From Marsupella aquatica (Eukaryota; Plantae; Marchantiophyta), in assembly GCA_973895155.1 (NCBI GenBank), contig OZ316896.1:8391539-8455538 (forward strand): 64,000 nt of DNA. The letters run 5' to 3'. Of the stretch, positions 28,084-40,783 are shown one piece after another (within the stretch, counting starts at the first letter, position 1; each line of letters starts with the position of its first letter). A model generated the notes under the pieces. That model was not told the DNA's origin. It did not search any database and saw only the letters and a list, made by a program, of their open reading frames with translations. The translations under genes were made by a program, and so were the position numbers.

Positions 28084-28716
28084 ATGGGGTTTCCTGGAGC
28101 GTACGGGATTGTGTTTCCACTGGCGGTATTCAAAATAGCGGTGACCTTGATGTGGATGAAGCAGGTTTGCGTATCGATCACGAACTTTGCGTTGGGCCGG
28201 GGGTGGGACAATCCGTCTGTTAGAATATTTCCAAACATTCCACTCTATTGGGCTGAATCTCAGGCTCAGGAAGCCACTTATGGTATCATATGTGCTCTAA
28301 ACGACGGGATGCTGGCTGCTGAGATCAGGGCGTCTATTCCAGTGGTCCGATTCAGAGACATATCTAACAAGAAGCTCCCGAGTAGTGACGAGGAGGAGGA
28401 GCCTCAGTGTTCGGTCTGCCTCTGTGATTTCACCGCAGAAGATAACGTTCGGCAACCCCCTCGCTGCTCTCATGTTTTCCACAAAGATTGCTTGGATCGG
28501 TGGACGGCGCATCATCAAACGTCTTGCCCTCTCTGTCGGTCTAGCCTCACCCCTGAGTGGCTAGAACAGGAAGATGCGCAGACGACGACACGACGCTCGT
28601 CGATTCGCAGCAGCAACAGCAGGGTCCGGACGACTGGCTTCCCGCATTTCGCAGACCAAGTGGTACAACTAGCGCTGCGAAGGGACGCAGCGGGCTGGGC
28701 CGTGGATACTACTTGA
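28084..28716 (+). CDS. RING-H2 (C3H2C3) E3 ubiquitin ligase, RHA/XERICO-like, intronless CDS, 210 aa
   Basis: ATG at 28084 (MGFPGAYG); hydrophobic N-terminus; CSVCLCDF-x11-CSHVFHKDCLDRW-x7-CPLCR RING-H2 motif; GC-rich leader upstream from ~26.9 kb. Confidence 0.9.
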   Translation: MGFPGAYGIVFPLAVFKIAVTLMWMKQVCVSITNFALGRGWDNPSVRIFPNIPLYWAESQAQEATYGIICALNDGMLAAEIRASIPVVRFRDISNKKLPSSDEEEEPQCSVCLCDFTAEDNVRQPPRCSHVFHKDCLDRWTAHHQTSCPLCRSSLTPEWLEQEDAQTTTRRSSIRSSNSRVRTTGFPHFADQVVQLALRRDAAGWAVDTT

Positions 28717-31278
28717 ATGTCTGGAAGGGAGAGCGCAGTGGTGGGCATTGACTGATCGATTGGTTGAACGCAGATCCATGCAACCTGTTGTTATCGGAAA
28801 TGGGATGACATTTGTACAGAATGTTTTAGTTCCATGAGAGGAACACGATCTATCATTGTTGTGAGGTGTCCCAAGTCTTGGAGCGGCCATCAATGGGTAA
28901 CTAGTGAGCGCCATTGACCACTACTTGTCGCCGCGACGTATGATGGCCTTCAAATCCACAACACATCTGCTATGGACGCATGGAGATTACGCACAAAGGC
29001 TTGTGAATATTAGAGCCCCCAAGGAATAGATGGCACCGGGGAGGCACGTGACATCTCCGAAGTAATCTAGCTGTACAGATAATCACTGTTGCTAGCGAGA
29101 AATTTTCCATTATTCATGTTCATTGTAGATGTCTAGTATCCTTTTCTCGCCACCGTCGGATTGCCTCTGTGTTCTCTCCTTGCTCCTCACTGGGTTAGCG
29201 GGACAAGATCTGTGTAGGGCTAATAGGTGTTGACGAGGCTACCGGTGGTGTGTCCTATGTGTAATTGACTAAAATATTCGACACATATGACTAATATAGG
29301 TGGTGATTTCCGCGTTGTTCTCAATTAAGGTAGTTCATTTTAGAACAAGCTGTTCCACATCCGTGCAATGTGGCCCACCCACACGCATAAATAGTTCAGC
29401 GGCGCTAGATATCGATTCGGGAGGTGGTGCTGAAAGAATGATTCCTTTCACTTCCTTCTGAAAAAGGGTCATAAGGAGAGGACAGCGTGGTCCTTCTCTC
29501 GCTGAGTTTGACCTGGTTGCTGCACAGAATAAGTATTGCAGTTCAATGTAACACAGTATTTGAATACTTTGCAAGTCATACTCAACTTGAAAATTGACTT
29601 AATTAGCCGTCAGTGATAAGTAGTCGAACCGAAATGTGGATCTTAATGATTCAGTTAGTGAACTTAATGTTCGTACCCTTGTGCTTTTCCTTTGCCTCTC
29701 AGAAGAGTTTAGCGAGCATTTTAGTGGGTGGTGTTTTGGAACCTATGATTTGAATTGGGTCGTTCTTGCTTACGTCAATCTGCATTGCTTCTCAAATTCT
29801 GTTGCTTCTTGTGAAGTTGTAGGGATGACCTGCTCGCCTGGTGTGGACACTTTCGTACGAAAATGCCTACTGTCTTCTGAAAGATGGCAAGTGTAAAGTA
29901 GTCTTCGTTTGGGTCCAGTTTGGATAGGTTTGAAAACGTCTGGAAGAGTTGAGCTCTCTTGTTCTGGATCTGCTTGTCATCTGGCACACAGGAGACCCTT
30001 CGACCAAATTGGATCAGATTGGTTGGGATAGTCGACTCAGCCGACACTTATGCCTGTCTGTCATTACCGCACACTTCCACACTTACTCAAAAGGGTAATA
30101 CGTAGATCGATAATCATGACCAGTCTGAAGGAAATTCATCGCCCCTTCGTCTGTCATCTCTCTCATCCCTGGAAGTGCTGTACGAACAATAGCCATTTTA
30201 AAAGAATCCCTCTCTTCCGGTAAGTACACTGTAGGATCGTCAACCTTGAATCCTAGAGCGGAAGACTTCTGCTGATACTGCCGAATCCGACGACCAAACG
30301 AGTACAGAGCCGCCAAGGACACTGACGAGAGAATGTGTGGTCCACTGGAGTGACCCAGCATTCATCCGAAAGACGAACAATAATGACAAAAGCAATCGTC
30401 GGGGTAACAGAATGATAATTTTGTGCACATCGTTCCATCCGAAAGAAGATACTTCGCAGCAAAGTGCTCCAGAAACTCGCCACCGGTCCACCGCCTTGAC
30501 CGACATCTGGAGCAGGCAAAGGCGTTACGGCCTTTGCGTGTTTCACATTGTCTGAGACTCTGAGAGTCTCCATGCTGTAGATTGTGGTCCCAGATTTTGA
30601 CATTCCTTTGCGGTGAATCACGTGTTAATAACTACCAGTAAACGGTGTGCAAGTTTGCATCGGAGACGGAACGCGTTCACACTGCAAAATAAAAACACGT
30701 TTTTGAGCTGTAAGGTTTACAGTGGTCCAACGCAAGTGGCCACCGGACTGGGAGTTGGGATAGCCAGGTGTGAGGCTCAAGTCCCCCTTTCTCACTGGTG
30801 GGTGTGGGGAGGGTTTGTGTAAATACCCATTTGGCAATTATTCTATAGCCAAGTAACAAAGGCTTGAAAATTTATCAACTTGGGAAGCTTGTCTGAGTAC
30901 CACGTGGCCGGATTGTAATGTTATAAGTCGATCCTAAGTGAAAATTGGTATCTCATGGTTTGACCTGTTGAAGACTAATGACCTGTTGAAGTCTAGGACA
31001 CCTTGGGCAACATTGCACCTGGACCCAGGAGTGGCACCAAGATGGGGTGGAGTGTACCATGCCTGGATTTATGTTAAGCTGAGGGTCATGTAGTTGGCTG
31101 CTCCTAGCTAGGCTCAGAAACCTAAGTGCACGTCTAAGGACTTCTATCACGGGCCGCCCCTAGCTAGGCTCAGAAACCTAAGTGCATGTCTAAGGAAATG
31201 GCTAAAACAGAAGGGACCAACTTGGGCCTAGGGGTGGCAGATTTCTGGAAGTATATATGAAGGGAGTGTCCAAATTTG

Positions 31279-31623
31279 TGTTGAGCATAGACAACAATCG
31301 CAACGGCAAGCCCATGAACCATCCAACGCACAAGAGTCGACACAGAGAGATACGTGGTTCACCTCCACATGAGGCTACGCCCACGGGAACACACAAGAGC
31401 TTTACTGCACTCTAGGCCGACCGGCCATACCAAGCATCCACAGCGCAAACTCTCCCTATCTCTCAACTAGCTCCGTAACAGTGAGCATAAGTTCCCACTC
31501 TCCAAGCAAACACCGCTTGGATATAGAGTGTGCACACCATGACTAACCTAACCAAGTCTGTGACTAAGGTTAGCCTTAACTACGGTACAGTCGTAACTCT
31601 AGACCTAAGAGTAAATCCTAACA
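31279..31623 (-). mobile_element. Solo LTR, copy 4, perfect 5-bp TSD
   Basis: TGTTGAGCATAGAC...CCTAACA flanked by ATTTG (31274-31278) and ATTTG (31624-31628); inserted between two copies of a ~50-bp unit GGGGTGGCA.ATTT.T.GAAGTATATATGA.GGGAGTGTCC. Confidence 0.92.
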
Positions 31624-33104
31624 ATTTGGCCCGGGGGTGGCAAATTTTTAGAAGTATATATGAGGGGAGTGTCCTCACCTTGGCACAAGAGCTGAAAAAG
31701 ACATTGAGATCCACCACTAGTCACCAAATGGGCTAGTGAACATATGACAAGTAGGAAAACAATTGTTGGCACTTAAGTGGTAGCGAAAGGGTGGTTTCCG
31801 GTTGGCTTGCAAGCTCAAGTCATCCAAACAAACATCCAAAGTAGAGTGAGCTGAGAGATGCTGGTTCCACTTGGCGCCAAGACCCATCATTGACAGTTGA
31901 GCATTCTCAACCCCAAAGCGTGAGTCACTAATTGGGTGATCTTGTCACTGCTAGTGGATAGGTTACAAAGCTTGCCATGAAGGTTACAAGGGCATGCACT
32001 AGGTGGGCCAGTGTGAATCAGGCAGTGTGTGTGGGGGTTGGGTTAAGCCATGTGCCTTGCAAATCACCCGTGGATGAAACATTTCCCTTAATGAGAAAAA
32101 ACAATTGCAATTTACAAAGTTGTCATCATTTTTTGTCTAAATGTATTCTTTGGCACTCTTTTTACTTAGTTTAAGTAACACTTGGATGAATTAGTTCATG
32201 AAGCCGTGATGGATTTGTGGTGACTACTTTTGAAAAATAATGAACATTGCATAGAAAAATTATTCAACTGCTAACAATGGCTGTGGCAAAGGTTTGCTCT
32301 AACATATTCATTGAAAAACTGTCCTTACACGTGCACAAAGTTCATGATTTGGACTCAATCATTATTCTCAGTGATCACTCAGTTTTGGGTTGACTTGTAG
32401 TGGCGCCACTACATTGCAAATGAAAGGTGTTTATTATTGTTTGCTCCTCACATTTTAGTTGTAATCCATTCAAGCTGTCCTAAATTCACTCTTTGCGGAT
32501 ACAAGTCAATCCTGCAAATTATTTATGTCAATTGTTTTTTCCTCCACGATTCACACCCACTTCCGCCCCCCCCCCCCCCCCTTTCTCTTTCATCTGATTG
32601 GTTTGATAAAGGTCCTTGAGATTTGAGAAATCCATTTTCCTTCAAATTTGCATAGTGAGTAGGTTCCCAAACTAGGCAGCACAATAAAAAATCTTAGCCC
32701 AAATGGACTTGAGACAAGAAATTTATGGCTGAAAACTCATTTGATGCAACTTAGGATAGTATGTGTGCTAGTAGCACAGAAACAACACCATGAAAACTCC
32801 AAAGGAACACTTAAGGACACGCTTCAAGGTGCACACCATCATGGTTGATCCTCAACATTTGATCTCATATCTTAATTGCAGAAATTTGATGGCATATTCA
32901 AATGGTTATATTCTTGGCACGTTATTTGTTATTAGGGTAGTTTTTTAAGGTTCTCAGGTCAAATGATTTTTTTTGCCCTCAAGTCAAACACACGCATTTG
33001 TGTTTGTGTATCACCCCAAACATAGATGTACCTGCTTGTGATGGAAAACGCTAACATGGCTGGACATGGGAATTTGCAGGACACCCTCTGACTAGCACTG
33101 ACTT

Positions 33105-33400
33105 TCCTTAGGGCCTTCGTGGTGTGCTTGTTTTTAGGCTTTTGTGTTTCCCTTGGCTTGGCAACTGTCTTGGGGGTTCGCTTGGGTCCTGGTCTCTGTT
33201 TGGTGTTGTTGGGTTGTTGCCCTGTCCTCTCTGTTGCGGCTTGTTGAGGCCGGCGCTCTCGACTTGGGGGGGCTTTTGGGTGCCCTGGTTCTCGGGCTTG
33301 TTTTCCTCCTTCCGCTGGTTTTTGCCGCGGGTGTTGTTGAATAAAAATCGTGCCCTGTCGTTCCCTCCCCCCAAAAAAACAAAAAAACAAACCAAAAAAG
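33105..33400 (+). mobile_element. Probable truncated 3' end of a non-LTR retroposon
   Basis: G/T-rich tract, AATAAA at ~33340, then C-run and interrupted A-rich tail at 33373-33399; the same layout occurs at window positions 1-155. No TSD found. Confidence 0.4.
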
Positions 33401-36101
33401 GGGTCTGAGATTTACTAAGTTTCATGTGTTTTTGGTCTGAATATATTCCCTCATTTCAGTTTTACTTTGCCACATTTTTTTAACCAAACTAAGGTCTTGA
33501 TATATGGAGCCTCCCCAACACCTGATTTGTAATCTTGAACACCCTAAAACTTAAGAAAAAAGTAATGTTTACTCCACTCTTATTTAAATATTCCAAAACT
33601 TGTTAAATTTTCTGTCTTTTATTATAATGGTCAAAATTGGATTTGAAAGACCCTAATATTCTTCCACACTTTTTTCTTAAGTATTTATTTTAAACCAATG
33701 AAATGACCTTATGCTTTGTTGTACGTGATGTATTGTGGGTCTCTTTATGTCTCAAATTAAAGGTGACCAGGAGTGGGCCTGGGTGGGATGGGATAACAGC
33801 AAGAGACTTCCCTCCAAGGGTGGAGATAGGTAGCAGGGTGGACCACTAAGGTTGATATATAGAGGATCATACTTTTCCTGTGAATGGATTTTCCTTTTTA
33901 TAAAAGTTAACCGTGAAAGCCCCACGGAGAGGGGGAAGCAGCCTCAAAACAGGCACAAAAGAGAGAGCCCAGTACGATAGTCACAAGGCAGCAGAGCAAA
34001 AAACCAGCTCCTCCAAGGCTGGACCCCACAATCAGGCCCCAACAAACCCTACACCCCAAACCAGCCCATTCCAGGTGGGCAACAGCCAATATCTTCACAG
34101 AGGCAATCAAACAAAACAACCACTCTGTGACAGTGACACAGCATGACTACCCTCTCACGCCAGCCAGAAGCAGCATTGCACATCAATCGACTCTTTGGCC
34201 CGGAGCAGTTGAGTCTGCTTATGCCGAGCAGAGGACCGCCTTCCCACGGCCAACAGGTGGTCAGCCACCTCTGAGAACACCAAGCCCAAAATCAAATATC
34301 CTTTTGCCACCCGGTTTGAATGTGTTCATTGCGGCCAAGCCATATATGCACAAAACCTGGTACAAAACAAACAGCTTGGTAAAACTTAAGCCATCCTTTC
34401 CTGTGGCATTGTCTAGCATGTTAGGAATTGACTCAAGTTCCCAACTATAGTTAATTTGGCCTTACTAGGGTTAGTTAATCCTTGACTACATTCGGATAAG
34501 ATCTGCTTAGTTAAGCTCACACACTCAGCCCCCTGAGGGTATATGTTGGAGGGAGAGCACTCTCTTCCTCAGGAGGACTTTCCAAGACATGGGGGTTTGG
34601 GAGTTTTTTTCACCAAAGCAAACTGGAGTGCCATTGCACACACTAAATAATTAAAGTGTCCTAGGGCTAAAAGCAAATTTTGAATCCTTTTATTGCCCCC
34701 AAGATCTTGTAAAGCCAAGTGTAGCCAATGGTGTTAGATTAATTTACTAAAAATAGATTGAGGACCCACTCCCCCTAATGTCACGTAGTCTTTGGCTAAA
34801 GTCTTTCTAGATGTGAGACGAGAAGATCTTATGAAGGAGTTGTGGGTCCCTTTTTAATGCAAATGACTTAAAATAGAAATGGACCAAGAGGCCAGAAGAA
34901 GAGATGTCCAACAAAGTTAAATCTAGGACAAAAGAGTGCTCCACATAAGCAAAAATTGGGCCCAACTACATTCCATGTAGGATTGGTAACAGGTTAGGTT
35001 GAAAGTGCGCCCAACTTTTTGTATAGTGATTAGCAGCAGTTTCTCCCAAATGGATGGCTCTGATAAGATCTTGGAGTCCAAACAAAAGTGAAAACTGCCC
35101 CCAAGGTCTTGCACAACCACCCTCGTTCTTCACATGTACTCTTATATGCTATGGATCCTTGAGGAATTTTTCCACTCATGGTGTCTTGTCAGTGTAGCAT
35201 GTGATCGAGTGTCTCTCTCTCATGTTCCGCATTTGTTGTCTAGTATGAGCCGACGGTTTCTTACATAGCAAAGCCAACAGCCCACCCCCTTTGGAAACCG
35301 AAGCTCCAACAAGGAAGACCCACACAGCAGCCAACACTTCTAGGCATGCACACAACACAAAAACAGGTGTTGGATTGTTTCAAGCATACCCATCACGAAG
35401 CTAGCAGGTGCCATCACTAGCCTGAATCCTAAGTGCTCTCTCACCAGTGAACAGTCCCCCGTGATGAAACACCACACAAAGGTTTTGGCCTAGCCTACAG
35501 GTGCAACCCCCGCAACGCCACGTACCCATCCTCTGCTCCATTCACTCTCAAAATGACTAACGGCCCAAGTTCTATTTAAACGCTTGTTCATTGCAAGCTT
35601 TGGTCTCAGAAATTCATAATTCTCAGAAACGCTTGTTCACGCACTTAGGAATTCTCAAGTCCTTAGGAGTTCATACTGTTTGATTACTAAAAGGCGCAAG
35701 ACTATCATGATGAGATCAGTTGAATCTAATCTGGCCTACTGAATGGTGGGAAAGTATGGCAGAGTACTAATGAAACTAAAAGGAGTGGCACTGTAGTGAG
35801 TCAGTCCAAGGCAGTGAGTCAGTCCAAGGCTGCTTCTTTTTTTGGCAATTTTGTCATGGGAGGATTCATGGTATGGTCTCCCACCTACCTGCTAGAGTCT
35901 CCCTGGTTCCCCTGGCCTACCTCATCCAATGCTTCCTTCCCTCGTTCCTTTCAATGCACAACTCACATCCGGATTCACTCGCCCTGAATCCAATTGCAAC
36001 TCAGTGCCCCTTTTTCTCTTGTGCAATTACAATACAATGTGCAAACCAGTTAGGTTGCAGTTTCTTGAGTAAAAGTGGTGGGGAGAACGTGGACAGTTGC
36101 A

Positions 36102-36410
36102 AACCCTAAACCCATGGCTGTATATTAAAACCCAATGGCTTTTTGAAATGACTGACCCTGTTCTGGAGGGCCTGAGGTTGGTGATGGGCGTTGGGCTGGG
36201 CTATGAGGGCCTAGGGTTTTGCCAACGAGGCTCCACTAGATAACCATAAACCAATATAATGTTGCATTTGGTTAACCTAGTCAAATTAAATTAACCCATA
36301 GACAAGATGGGCGATGCGTTGCTAATCAAAATTGGCGGACATGGAAGTGCTTATTGTACACCCACAGACATGGACTTGGGGTTGGGCTCAAATGAGGCTT
36401 GGCCCCATTT
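36102..36410 (+). promoter_or_regulatory. Candidate promoter of the NDUFAF3 gene with telo-box-like and site II-like motifs
   Basis: AAACCCTAA at ~36102, TAGGGTTT at ~36212, TGGGCT motifs at ~36192 and ~36383; this combination is common in plant respiratory and translation gene promoters (inference). Confidence 0.35.
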
Positions 36411-36988
36411 GAGGGCTGATAAAGTAATAAAGAGGCATTTCTATTTGCTCCCTTCATTTCCTGGTGTGCTCATCGTTGCAAAGAAGGTGACATCCATTTG
36501 GAACCAGCTGCCTAGCACGAAGAGGTGATTGCGTTCAGAAGATGGAGTAAACTACGGGCCTGTGGGTTAGCTATCACCAGGGCGCCGAATTCCTTTCGCT
36601 CGTGGCCACGAAGTAAGGTGCTCAAAGCTTCATTGGAGATCCAGTATGTATTACACGTGGGCGGCGTTTGGCATCGTAAGGTAAGAATGGCGTTGAAAGC
36701 TCTCTCATGGGGTGTACATTCTCTCGGACTGAAGCAGTTTTTCTTTTTCTTTTTCTTTTTCTTTTTCTCTCACTTGCGTCTTCATGGAGCAGTTTTAGTC
36801 TAGATTCCTCGGCTCTATTCTCGCTGCAGACCGTGCTGGACAGCACGTCTTTCCTGTGTCTGTTGTGACTTGTCCTCCGTTGCACATTTAATCCTTCCCC
36901 TGTCTGCTGTGATTCCTGCATTGCGCATTCGCTTCCCTATTCTGATTAGGGATTTTTTAATGCTGTAAAAAACTAAAATTGCGTTCTG

Positions 36989-37029
36989 TTCAATTCAATT
37001 CAATTCAATTCAATTCAATTCAATTCAAT
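36989..37029. repeat. (AATTC)n microsatellite in probable 5'-UTR intron (36681-38078)
   Basis: About 7-8 perfect AATTC units; candidate intron bounded by AG|GTAAGA at 36681 and TTGCAG| at 38078. Confidence 0.85.
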
Positions 37030-38170
37030 CGCATGAGAAAATCACTTTCCCAAATGGGACGTAAGAGATGCTAGGACTATCGTTTAGAGACCTAAATGAT
37101 GGAAGACAACCTCCTTTCGAGTTTCAGCTACCACTCTTTCTGAGTAGAGATAAGTTTTCGTGGTTATTCTCCCACCTTCCTGAGCTTGTGCACTAATAGT
37201 TGAAGTCGAAGAGATGATTTTTCACTGGGGAATATAGCACTGAAAAGGTGATGGTTTTAGTGAGGCGGTGCATGAGACGCGACTCACTCCAGTTGATATT
37301 TCATCTCATTGTTGTCTTTCTGAATTTTGACATCCTCAGATTATAAGGTTACAGAGACTTGTATATGTATTATTTACCCCCCAAATCTTCTCCTGCTGTT
37401 GGATTGTACTCTCTATCTCATGAGTGGTTTTGGGCAAATGGACTTCAGACCAATTGGCCGAGTCCATTATGATAATGAGGATTGTCTATGTAAATTAGTC
37501 ATACACATCGCTCGGCCTTGCCCTGAAAGTTCTTAATTTCTTAATCTGCTTCTTTGTTTGTTTCGATAATTTACGATAGTTTCATAGCCAGTAGAGATCC
37601 TCTTGGAAAGTGAATTTCGTCCAAGCTCGATAGTCTCTTGCCTTGTCCCTACTCTCTGCAATCTTATGGGAGGGAAGACCGCGCCAATCTCAATTAGAGG
37701 GGCCTAGTTTCTCATCAAGAGCTTGCTTTTGGCTCCTGTCGCTGCTGTCCCTGACTTTTGTGGACTACTTATGAGATTGTTTGGTTCCGAAAGTGTGTTG
37801 TTCTGGAGAGGCTAGACCTCTCATCAGTAGTACGTCTCACTGGATACGTCTTACTCGTTTCGCAGCCTTATGACAAGAGTTTGTATAGGCAACTTGATCT
37901 CCATGGTTGCAAAAGAAAGTAGCAACTTCTTATACACTGCACATACCTGCTGGCCCTGGTAATGCAAAATCTGTTTGATAATTTTGTGTAGTTCTTTTAC
38001 GTTTTCGCATGTATGATATGTCAGATATTTTGTCTGAATCTTTGGTCTCACGAACATTTCACATGCTTTTGATTGCAGGACATAATCCTTTTAAAACCTA
38101 TTGAAAGAAGGACTTCGAAGTTTCCTTAGGCTGAAGCTGGGGGTATGCTGTGGATCCGTAGCGTGTAGAA

Positions 38171-38680
38171 ATGGGAACGCGAGCATTTGGCTTGGCGAGG
38201 TCTGGAGGACCTCTTGCCCGGAAGGCATTTTGCAGTCCCTGGACTGCTGCCTCTTTTCTGGTGCGAAGATCCTACAGTATATACGAGGATTTCAATGTGT
38301 TCTCCGGGGCTGGCACAGGACGAGTGATCATTGACGAGTATGACGAGACAGGATTCAAAGCAAATGGTGTCAGGCATGAAGGTTCAATGATCTGCCTCGG
38401 CAAACTGGTCTTCTCATGGACTCCCCGTTCGTTTGCGGAGATCACACCCGAGAGTTTGTCACTCTTTCAGCTAATGCGGCCTGCTCCTGAAATCTTGGTG
38501 GTCGGATGTGGCAACAGGATAGGCAGAGTAAGCCCAGAAGTCAGAAACTTTTTAAAGTCCAATGGCATCAAAGTCGAAGCAGTGGACACGAGAAATGCTG
38601 CCTCAACTTTCAATATCTTGAACGAAGAGGGTCGGCAAGTAGCAGTAGCTATGTTGCCGTACGGATCGAGTAACCCTTGA
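38171..38680 (+). CDS. NDUFAF3: NADH dehydrogenase assembly factor 3 (Mth938/DUF498 domain), 169 aa
   Basis: Mitochondrial-type presequence, IDEYDETGFKANGV, PEILVVGCG, GIKVEAVDTRNAASTFNILNEEGRQVAVAMLP motifs. Confidence 0.93.
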   Translation: MGTRAFGLARSGGPLARKAFCSPWTAASFLVRRSYSIYEDFNVFSGAGTGRVIIDEYDETGFKANGVRHEGSMICLGKLVFSWTPRSFAEITPESLSLFQLMRPAPEILVVGCGNRIGRVSPEVRNFLKSNGIKVEAVDTRNAASTFNILNEEGRQVAVAMLPYGSSNP

Positions 38681-39617
38681 GGGCGGGTTGTCATTCCTCT
38701 GTACATAAATGGGTTGCTTAAGGATGAGATTTAAGCCATGCAGGGTTTTCATTCTTCGTGCTTCCCTCTTCAATCTTCATTACTGTGACCGTCCAGAGGT
38801 ACTGAAAACTGAGTACTTAATGTAAACCGGAGACGAGTAAACCTCTGGACTCAGTTTTCAGGCGACAGTTTTCAGAGGTACATCTTCATTACCGTGACCG
38901 TCCAGATAACCAGTAACGAGCGGTTCATTTTTGTAACAAACTAGAGTTCGCGTTGCGGTGTTTGTCCACTGACAAACTGTTCCTCACTGAAGAAAGGTCA
39001 CGATGGGTACAACTCTCCTGGATAACAGTGTCCAACCGTAAGTTCCATCAAATGTTAGTGTAGTAGTGTTGGAAATCATTCACTCATGGATTCTTGGCCA
39101 CAGTAATAAACTCTATGGAGTCATTCAGTTGATTCATCAAATTGGATGGATAGACTTCTTTAGGGATCAAACGTGAAGCTTTTGACTAATATTCGGTTGT
39201 TCACAAGAGTTGGTGAGGTTTGATTCTTCTAATGAAATCGGGCTGTCATGATGGCCAGTAAGCTCCTGGTTCAGTAGAGATGCGCCCGATAATACTCCGT
39301 CCTACTTTGGATCTGATGAGCTCCAATGTGATTCTCAATTGAAACTCAAAGTTTACTACCTAAGTGCAGTAGTCCTGTGCACATGGAATTCAAATGGGAT
39401 TCTAAATTGTTGGAAGGTTTTCTGGCTGCTTGCTCTTGGACTTCGAGTTCTCTCAATAGTATGCTATAACTTGTCGTTTCATCACTTCATCACTGCCAAT
39501 TATCACACGCAAATATTTGAGTACATACGAGCTTCACTCTTCACGGCAATTTGTGGCACTCACACTAATTGTGGGGAAGCAAATTTTCTGCTACATTCAT
39601 GAATTAGTTGTACCGTA

Positions 39618-39693
39618 CAAACAACATCAATGCATTTTAAACAAACAACATCAATGCATTTTAAACAAACAACATCAATGCATTTTAAACAAA
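39618..39693. repeat. 24-bp tandem repeat, 3 copies
   Basis: AAACAACATCAATGCATTTTAAAC x3. Confidence 0.9.
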
Positions 39694-40783
39694 TTAATGG
39701 AACGATGCAGGGTGCCTTAGGTTCCCCATGAAAATCCTTTGCGTGGATGAGTGTAGATAAACCCTAATTTTCCTAAGGTAACTTAAAACTGTCCCCCGTT
39801 CAACTCCTTGGGACCCTAGAGTCATGATCTAGAGGCTTCACTCTAGAAGCCTATGCTCCAATTCAGCTTTTGTTTACAATATTAATAAGATATTGACTAG
39901 ATATTCACTAGAAACCTAGGTTCCCCAACTCTAGTTTTTGTTTGTGATTTATTAGTAAGATATTGACAGACTTACTTGGCTTACATTAAATGGCCATAGG
40001 GTACATCTGGCAATTGTCACCATGTGCCATGATTTTTCAATTCATAGTAGATGTTGTCAAATACAACCTCCCTTCTCTTAAGTATACGAATGTCTCTTAG
40101 AGTACTTCTTGTTGCCCTTTTGTGACAATGATGTATCTTGACACAATGAGTTGGCTTCCACTGCATTAGCCAGGGTACATCTGTGACTGCCACCATGTAT
40201 CATGGTAAAATCAATCCATGGTAGTCAGCGTGAAACTTGGAAAAGATGAAGGAATCGGACAATTATATGACAAAAAGATGTCGGTGAACAAGATGTTTTG
40301 AAAGAGGGAAAAGGGTCCTCCACATACATCCTACCCTATACCTCCTAGTGGGGTGGGCCAGGACCATAACATATACATTATCGTGACTATTATAAATATA
40401 GTGGTAATAGGTTTCCAGGTTGATGTTGAGAGATAGATTATCTTAACTTCCAGTGTTGTTGATGTTGGACAAGCTAACAATGATAGATGATAGAACACAT
40501 TATTGACTTTAATAATGACTTAAATTATAATAACTTAATGTAAAGCAGGATGTGTAAGATCTTAGATGTAAATTCAATTCTTACTTAAACATTTAATGTC
40601 CACTTCAGCTGTGTCCCCCTACTTCATAATCATCGAAATAGATATCAGTCAAAGGACAACATATACCGAAATGGTAGCTCGAACATATCCTTCCTCGATC
40701 TCCGTCTCACATTCTATCTGTTTCTTGTGTTTCCACTTCTCGTGGAATTGAAATACATTCATTCTCTCTCTCTCCCTTCAGGG

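Noticed and set aside
29775-30621. Overlapping minus-strand ORFs with gene-like composition
   Set aside because: No recognisable domain and no consistent splice model (the candidate intron would be ~33 nt); could be a pseudogene fragment but cannot be supported.
32959-34450. Pro/Gln/Lys-rich ORFs
   Set aside because: Arise from strand-biased low-complexity repeat remnants; no motif support.
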